Shown here in pieces: positions 55,301-64,000 of a stretch of DNA of 64,000 nt. Position 1 is the first letter of the stretch; each line of letters opens with the position of its first letter. The position numbers and the translations under genes were made by a program. A model generated the notes under the pieces. That model saw only the letters and a list, made by a program, of their open reading frames with translations, had not been told where the DNA came from and did no database searches. This DNA comes from Squalus acanthias (lineage: Eukaryota): assembly GCA_030390025.1 (NCBI GenBank), contig CM059432.1:108998001-109062000 (forward strand), read 5' to 3'.

Positions 55301-58300
55301 ACAGTTCACAGACAGGATTCAGATCCAGTTCACAGACATGATTCACTGACAGTTCACAGACAGTATTCACATACAGTTCAAAGACAGGGTTCACAGACAG
55401 TTCACAGACAGGATTCACAGACAGGATTCACATACAGTTCACAGATTGGTGTCATTTACAGTTCACAGACAGGATTCACATACAGTTCACAGACAGGATT
55501 CACAGACAGTTCACAGACAGGATTCACATGCAGTTCTCAGACAGGATTCACATACAGTTCACAGACAGGATTCACATACAGTTCACAGACTGGATTCACA
55601 TGCAGTTCACAGACAGGATTCAGATACAGTTCACAGACAGGATTCACATACAGTTCACAGACAGGGGTCACATACAGTTCACAGACAGGATTCACATACA
55701 GTTCACAGACAGGATTCACATACAGTTCACAGACAGGATTCACATACAGTTCACAGACAGGATTCACATACAGTTCACAGACAGGATTCACATACAGTTC
55801 ACAGACAGGATTCACATACAGTTCACAGACAGGATTCACATACAGTTCACAGACAGGATTCACATACAGTTCACAGACAGGATTCACATACAGTTCACAG
55901 ACAGGATTCACATACAGTTCACAGACAGGATTCACATACAGTTCACAGACAGGATTCACATACAGTTCACAGACAGGATTCACATACAGTTCACAGACAG
56001 GATTCACATACAGTTCACAGACAGGATTCACATACAGTTCACAGACAGGATTCACATACAGTTCACAGACAGGATTCACATACAGTTCACAGACAGGATT
56101 CACATACAGTTCACAGACAGGATTCACATACAGTTCACAGACAGGATTCACATACAGTTCACAGACAGGATTCACATACAGTTCACAGACAGGATTGACT
56201 GACAGTTCACAGACAGGATTCACATACAGTTCACCGACAGGATTCACTTACAGTTCACAGACAGGATTCAGAGACAGTTCACAGACAGGATTCACATACA
56301 GTTCACAGACAGGATTCACATACAGTTCACAGACAGGATTCACATACAGTTCACAGACAGGATTCACAGACAGTTCACAGACAGGATTCACATACAGTTC
56401 ACAGACAGGATTCACAGACAGTTCACAGACAGGATACACAGACAGTTCACAGAAAGGATTCACTTACAGTTCACAGACAAGATTCACAGAAAGTTCACAG
56501 ACAGGATTCACATACAGTTCACAGACAGGATTCACTTACAGTTCACAGACAGGATTCACAGACAGGATTCACATACAGTTCACAGACAGGATTCACATAT
56601 AGTTCACAGACAGGATTCACTTACAGTTCACAGACAGGATTCACAGACAGTTCACAGACAGGATTCACATACAGTTCACAGACTGGATTCACATACAGTT
56701 CACAGACAGGATTCACATACAGTTCACAGACAGGATTCACATACAGTTCACAGACAGGATTCACATACAGTTCACAGACAGGATTCACATACAGTTCACA
56801 GACAGGATTCACATACAGTTCACAGACAGGATTCACATACAGTTCACAGACAGGATTCACATACAGTTCACAGACAGGATTCACATACAGTTCACAGACA
56901 GGATTCACATACAGTTCACAGACAGGATTCACATACAGTTCACAGACAGGATTCACATACAGTTCACAGACAGGATTCACATACAGTTCACAGACAGGAT
57001 TCACATACAGTTCACAGACAGGATTCACATACAGTTCACAGACAGGATTCACATACAGTTCACAGACAGGATTCACATACAGTTCACAGACAGGATTCAC
57101 ATACAGTTCACAGACAGGATTCACATACAGTTCACAGACAGGATTCACATACAGTTCACAGACAGGATTCACATACAGTTCACAGACAGGATTCACATAC
57201 AGTTCACAGACAGGATTCACAGACAGTTCACAGACAGGATTCACATACAGTTCACAGACTGGATTCACATGCAGTTCACAGACAGGATTCAGATACAGTT
57301 CACAGACATGATTCACATACAGTTCACAGACAGGATTCACATACAGTTCACAGACAGGATTCACATACAGTTTAAAGTCAGTATTCACATACAGTTCACA
57401 GACAGGATTGACTGACAGTTCACAGACAGGATTCACATACAGTTCACAGACAGGATTCACATACTCTTCACAGACAGGATTGACTGACAGTTCACAGACA
57501 AGATTCAAATGCAGTTCACAGACAGGATTGACTGACAGTTCACAGACAGGATGCCCACACAGTTCACAGACAGGATTCACTTACAGTTCACAGACAGGAT
57601 TCACATACAGTTCACAGACAGGATTCACATACTCTTCACAGACAGGATTGACTGACTGTTCACAGACAGGATTCACATACAGTTCACAGACAGGATTCAC
57701 ATACTCTTCACAGACAGGATTGACTGACAGTTTACAGACAGGATGCCACACAGTTTACAGACAGGCTTCACATACAGTTCACAGTCAGGATTCACATACA
57801 GTTCACAGACAGGATTCACTTACAGTTCACAGACAGGATTCACAGACAGTTCACAGACAGGATTCACTTACAGTTCACAGACAGGATTCACAGACAGTTC
57901 ACAGACAGGATTCACATACAGTTCACAAACAGGATTCACTTACAGTTCACAGACAGGATTCAGAGACAGTTCACAGACAGGATTCACATACAGTTCACAG
58001 ACAGGATTCACATACAGTTCACAGACAGGATTCACATACAGTTCACAGACAGGATTCACAGACAGTTCACAGACAGGATTCACTTACAGTTCACAGACAG
58101 ATTCACAGACAGTTCACAGACAGGATACACAGAAAGTTCACAGACAGGATTCACTTACAGTTCACAGACAAGATTCACAGAAAGTTCACAGACAGGATTC
58201 ACATACAGTTCACAGACAGGATTCACTTACAGTTCACAGACAGGATTCACAGACAGTTCACAGACAGGATTCACATACAGTTCACAGACAGGATTCACAT

Positions 58301-61300
58301 ACAGTTCACAGACAGGATTCACATACAGTTCACAGACAGGATTCAGATACAGTTCACAGACAGGATTCACATACAGTTCACAGACAGGATTCACAGACAG
58401 TTCACAGACAGGATTCACATACAGTTCACAGACAGGATTCACATACAGTTCACAGACAGGATTCACATACAGTTCACAGACAGGATTCACATACAGTTCA
58501 CAGACAGGATTCACATACAGTTCACAGACAGGATTCACATACAGTTCACAGACAGGATTCACATACAGTTCACAGACAGGATTCACATACAGTTCACAGA
58601 CAGGATTCACATACAGTTCACAGACAGGATTCACATACAGTTCACAGACAGGATTCACATACAGTTCACAGACAGGATTCACTGACAGTTCACAGACAGG
58701 ATTCACATGCAGTTCACAGACAGGATTCACTGACAGTTCACAGACAGGATTCACATACAGTTCACAGACAGGATTCACATACAGTTCACAGACAGGATTC
58801 ACATACAGTTCACAGACAGGATTCACATACAGTTCACAGACAGGATTCACATACAGTTCACAGACAGGATTCACATGACAGTTACAGACAGGATTCCACA
58901 CAGTTCACAGACAGGATTCACATACAGTTCACAGACAGGATTCACATACAGTTCACAGACAGGATTCACATACAGTTCACAGACAGGATTCACATACAGT
59001 TCACAGACAGGATTCACATACAGTTCACAGACAGGATTCACATACAGTTCACAGACATGATTCACTGACAGTTCACAGACAGTATTCACATACAGTTCAC
59101 AGACTGGATTCACAGACAGTTCACAGACAGGATTCACATACAGTTCACAGACAGGATTCACATACAGTTCACAGACAGGATTGACTGACAGTTCACAGAC
59201 AGGATTCACATACAGTTCACAGACAGGATTCACTTACAGTTCACAGACAGGATTTACTTACAGTTCAGACAGGATTCACATACAGTTCACAGACAGGATT
59301 CACATACAGTTCACAGACAGGATTCACATACAGTTCACAGACAGGATTGACTGACAGTTCACAGACAGGTTTCACTTACAGTTCACAGACAGGATTCACA
59401 TACAGTTCACAGACAGAATTGACTGACAGTTCACAGACAGGATTCATATGCAGTTCACAGACAGGATTGACTGACAGTTCACAGAAAGGTTCCCACACAG
59501 TTCACAGACTGGATTCACTTACAGTTCACAGACAGGATTCACATACAGTTCACAGACAGGATTCACATCCAGTAAACAGACAGGATTCACATACAGTTCA
59601 CAGACAGGATTCACATACAGTTCACAGACAGGATTCAGATACAGTTCACAGACAGGATTCACATACAATAAACAGACAGGATTCAGATACAGTTAACAGA
59701 CAGGATTCACTGACAGTTCACAGATAGGATTCACATACAGTTCACAGACAGGATTCACATACAGTTCACTGACAGGATTCACAGACAGTTCACAGACTGG
59801 ATTCACATACAGTTCACAGACAGCATTCAATTAAAGTTCACAGTCAGTATTCACATACAATTCAAAGATGGATTCACAGACTGTTCACAGACAGGATTCA
59901 CATACAGTTCAAAGACTTGATTCACCCACAGTTCACAGACGGGTTTCACATACAGTTCACAGACAGGGCTCACATACAGTTCAGAGACAGGATTCACATA
60001 CAGTATAAAGTCAGGTGTCACATACAGTTCACAGACAGAATTCACTACAGTTCACAGTCAGGATTCACTTTCAGTCCACAGACAGGATTCACATACAGTT
60101 CACAGACAGGATTCACTTACAGTTCACATTCAGGATTCACTTACAGTTCACAGACGGGTTTCACATACAGTTCACAGACAGGGCTCACATACAGTTTACA
60201 GACAGGATTCACATACAGTTCACAGACAGGATTCACATACTCTTCAGAGACAGGATTGACTGACAGTTCACAGACAGGATGCCCACACAGTTCACAGACT
60301 GGATTCACTTACAGTTCACAGACAGGATTCACTTACAGTTCACAGACAGGATTCACATACAGTTCACCGACAGGATTCACATACAGTTCACAGACAGGAT
60401 TCACATACAGTTCACAGACAGGATTCACATACAGTTCACAGACATGATTCACTGACAGTTCACAGACCGGATTGACTGACAGTTCACAGACAGGTTTCAC
60501 TTACAGTTCACAGACAGGATTCACATACAGTTCACAGACAGAATTGACTGACAGTTCACAGACAGGATTCATATGCAGTTCACAGACAGGATTGACTGAC
60601 AGTTCACAGAAAGGTTCCCACACAGTTCACAGACTGGATTCACTTACAGTTCACAGACAGGATTCACATACAGTTCACAGACAGGATTCACATCCAGTAA
60701 ACAGACAGGATTCACATACAGTTCACAGACAGGATTCACATACAGTTCACAGACAGGATTCACATACAGTTCACAGACAGGATTCACATACAATAAACAG
60801 ACAGGATTCAGATAGAGTTAACAGACAGGATTCACTGACAGTTCACAGATAGGATTCACATACAGTTCACAGACAGGATTCACATACAGTTCACTGACAG
60901 GATTCACAGACAGTTCACAGACTGGATTCACATACAGTTCACAGACTACATTCAATTAAAGTTCACAGTCAGTATTCACATACAATTCAAAGATGGATTC
61001 ACAGACTGTTCACAGACAGGATTCACATACAGTTCAAAGACTTGATTCACCCACAGTTCACAGACGGGTTTCACATACAGTTCACAGACAGGGCTCACAT
61101 ACAGTTCAGAGACAGGATTCACATACAGTATAAAGTCAGGTGTCACATACAGTTCACAGACAGAATTCACTACAGTTCACAGTCAGGATTCACTTTCAGT
61201 CCACAGACAGGATTCACATACAGTTCACAGACAGGATTCACTTACAGTTCACAGACAGGATTCACTTACAGTTCACAGACGGGTTTCACATACAGTTCAC

Positions 61301-61685
61301 AGACAGGGCTCACATACAGTTCACAGACAGAATTCACTACAGTTCACAGTCAGGATTCACTTACAGTTCACAGACTGGATTCACTTACAGTTCACAGACA
61401 GGATTCACATACAGTTCACAGACTGGATTCACATACAGTTCACAGACAGTATTCACATACAGTTCACAGACAGGGGTCATATATAGTTCACAGACAGGAT
61501 TCACTGACAGTTCACAGGCAGGATTCACATACAATTCAAGACTGGATTCACAGACTGTTCACAGACAGGATTCACATACAGTTTTCAGACAGGATTCACA
61601 TACACTTCACAGACAGGATTCACATACAGTTCACAGACAGGATTCACACACTGTTCACAGACAGGATTCACATGCGGTTCACAGA

Positions 61686-62916
61686 AACATAGAAGATAGG
61701 AGCAGGAGTATGCCATTCGGCCCCTCGAGCCTGCTCCGCCATTCGATGAGATCATGGCTGATCATCTAAACTCAGTACCCTGTACCTGCCTTCTCCCCAT
61801 ATCCCTTGATACCTTTAGCTTTAAGAAATATATCTAACTCATCCTTGAATATATTTAATGACTTCGCCTCAACTACCTTCTGTGGTAGAGAATTCCACAG
61901 GTTCACCACTCTCTGGGTGAAGAAATTCTTCCTCATTTCTGTCCTAAATGGTTTACCCGTTATCCGTAGATTATGACCCCTGGTTCTGGACTCTCCGACC
62001 ATCGGGAACATTCTTCCTGCATCTAGTTTGTCCAGACCTGTCAGAATTTTATAAGTTTCGATGAGATCCCCTCTCATTCTTCTATACTCCAGTGAGTATA
62101 AGCCCAATCGACCCAATCTCTCCTCATATGTCATTCCTGCCAACCCAGGTATCAGCCTTGTGAATCTTCGCTGAACTCCTTCCATGGCAAGAACATCCTT
62201 CCTCAGATAAGGCGACCAAAACTGCACACAGTACTCAAGGTGTGGTCTCACCAAGGCCCTGTACAACTGCAGCAGGACATCCCTGTTCCTATACTCAAAC
62301 CCTTTCGCTATGAAGGCCAACATACCATTTGTCTTCTTCACCACCTGCTGCACCTGCATGCTTACTTTCAGCGACTGGTGCACAAGGACACCCAGGTCTC
62401 GTTGCACTTCCCTTCTCCCAATCTATTGCCATTCAGATAATAGTCTGCCTTTCTGTTTTTGACACCAAAGTGGATAACCTCGCACTTATCCACGTTATAT
62501 TGCATCTGCCACGCTTCTGCCCACTCACCCAACCTGTCAAGATCATCCTGGAGTTTCTCGCTATCCTCCTCGCTGCACACACTCCCACCCAGCTTTGTGT
62601 CATCTGCAAACTTGGAGATATTACATTTAATTCCCTTATCTAGATCATTAATGTATATTGTGAATAGCTGGGGTCCAAGGACCGATCCGTGCAGTACCCC
62701 ACTACTCACTGCTTGCCACTCGGAAAAAGACTCATTAATTCCTACTCTCTGCTTTCTGTCCGCCAACCAGTTCTCTATCCAAGTCAATACCTTGCCCCCA
62801 ATCCCATGTGCCTTAACTTTACCCGCTAATCTCTTATGCGGGACCTTATCGAAAGCCTTTTGAAAGTCCAAATACACCACATCTACTGGTTCTCCCTTAT
62901 CTATTTTCCCACAAAT
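61686..62916 (-). mobile_element. 5'-truncated CR1 LINE, copy 2 (duplicate of 48157-49387)
   Basis: Same boundaries, frameshift and flanking satellite variants, offset 13,529 bp. I saw three substitutions by eye. Confidence 0.95.
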
Positions 62917-64000
62917 TTCACAGACAGGATTCACATGCGGTTCACAGACTGGATTCACTTACAATTCACAGTCAGGATTCACATACAGTTCAATGACTGG
63001 TATCACATACAATTCACAGTCAGGATTCACATACAGTTCACAGACAGGATTCACTTACAGTTCACAGACAGGATTCACAGACTGTTCACAGACAGAATTC
63101 ACATACAGGATTCACATACAGTTCACAGACAGTATTCAGATACAGTTCACAGACAGGATTCACTTACAGTTCACTTTCAGGATTCACTTACAGTTCACAG
63201 ACGGGTTTCACATACAGTTCACAGACTGGGCTCACATGCAGTTCACAGACAGGATTCACATACAGTATACAGTCAGGGGTCACATACAGTTCACAGACAG
63301 GATTCACCTACAGTTCACAGTCAGGATTCACTTACAGTTCACAGACTGGATTCACTTACAGTTCACAGACAGGATTCACATACAGTTCACAGACTGGATT
63401 CACATACAGTTCACAGACAGGATTCACAGACAGGATTCACATACAGTTGAAAGGCTGGATTCCCACACAGTTCACAGACAGGATTCACTTACAGTTTAAA
63501 GTCAGTATTCACATACAGTTCACAGACAGGATTGACTGACAGTTCACAGACAGGATTCACATACAGTTCACAGACAGGATTCACATACTCTTCACAGACA
63601 GGATTGACTGACAGTTCACAGACAAGATTCACATGCAGTTCACAGACAGGATTGACTGACAGTTCACAGACAGGATGCCCACACAGTTCACAGACAGGAT
63701 TCACTTACAGTTCACAGACAGGATTCACATACAGTTCACAGACAGGATTCACATACTCTTCACAGACAGGATTGACTGACTGTTCACAGACAGGATTCAC
63801 ATACAGTTCACAGACAGGATTCACATACTCTTCACAGACAGGATTGACTGACAGTTTACAGACAGGATGCCCACACAGTTTACAGACAGGCTTCACATAC
63901 AGTTCACAGTCAGGATTCACATACAGTTCACAGACAGGATTCACTTACAGTTCACAGACAGGATTCACAGACAGTTCACAGACAGGATTCACTTACAGTT

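Larger units (their letters stand above)
24221..64000. repeat. 24-bp satellite array, right domain (near-perfect tracts alternating with variant-rich blocks; interrupted by two CR1 copies)
   Basis: Same monomer and orientation. Diagnostic variants TTGACTGAC, TACTCTTC, TTGAAAGGCTGG, GATGCCCAC, TCAGTATTC. Near-perfect runs at ~25160-26660, ~27250-38200, ~49950-53160. Confidence 0.99.

Noticed and set aside
24311..56602. Giant repeat ORFs as real proteins (ice-nucleation, antifreeze or mucin-like octapeptide repeats)
   Set aside because: No unique N- or C-terminal domain or signal peptide. Several frames are open at once, indels switch frames freely, and nucleotide identity shows no synonymous-site pattern.
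5240..64000. CRISPR-like or information-encoding array
   Set aside because: Units are directly tandem with no unique spacers, there are no cas genes, and the context is eukaryotic. Variant patterns are explained by block duplication.

Overview
Eukaryotic, repeat-dominated window; the LINE and Penelope-like sequences suggest a cartilaginous fish (inference, not tested). Bases 1-3277 are the right-hand part of an apparently intact autonomous PIF/Harbinger DNA transposon. It has a DDE transposase (+, 5' end outside the window) converging on a three-exon Myb/SANT-like gene (-, 458 aa when spliced), palindromic subterminal motifs, and a terminus followed by a CAG putative target-site duplication (TSD). 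Bases ~3575-5080 are a nested retroelement stack: a CR1 LINE 3' fragment interrupted by a second CR1 and by a Penelope-like 91-bp foldback element with two oppositely oriented minimal hammerhead ribozyme motifs. From ~5240 to the end is a 24-bp satellite (CACAGACAGGATTCACATACAGTT) with kb-scale higher-order duplications, a 200-N gap, suspiciously perfect tracts, and two near-identical copies of a 5'-truncated CR1 13,529 bp apart, each flanked by an apparent 32-bp direct repeat. The very long repeat ORFs follow from a stop-free 24-mer and are not genes. I found no host gene and no convincingly new biological system; the best leads are the ribozyme foldback, the intact Harbinger, and the satellite architecture.
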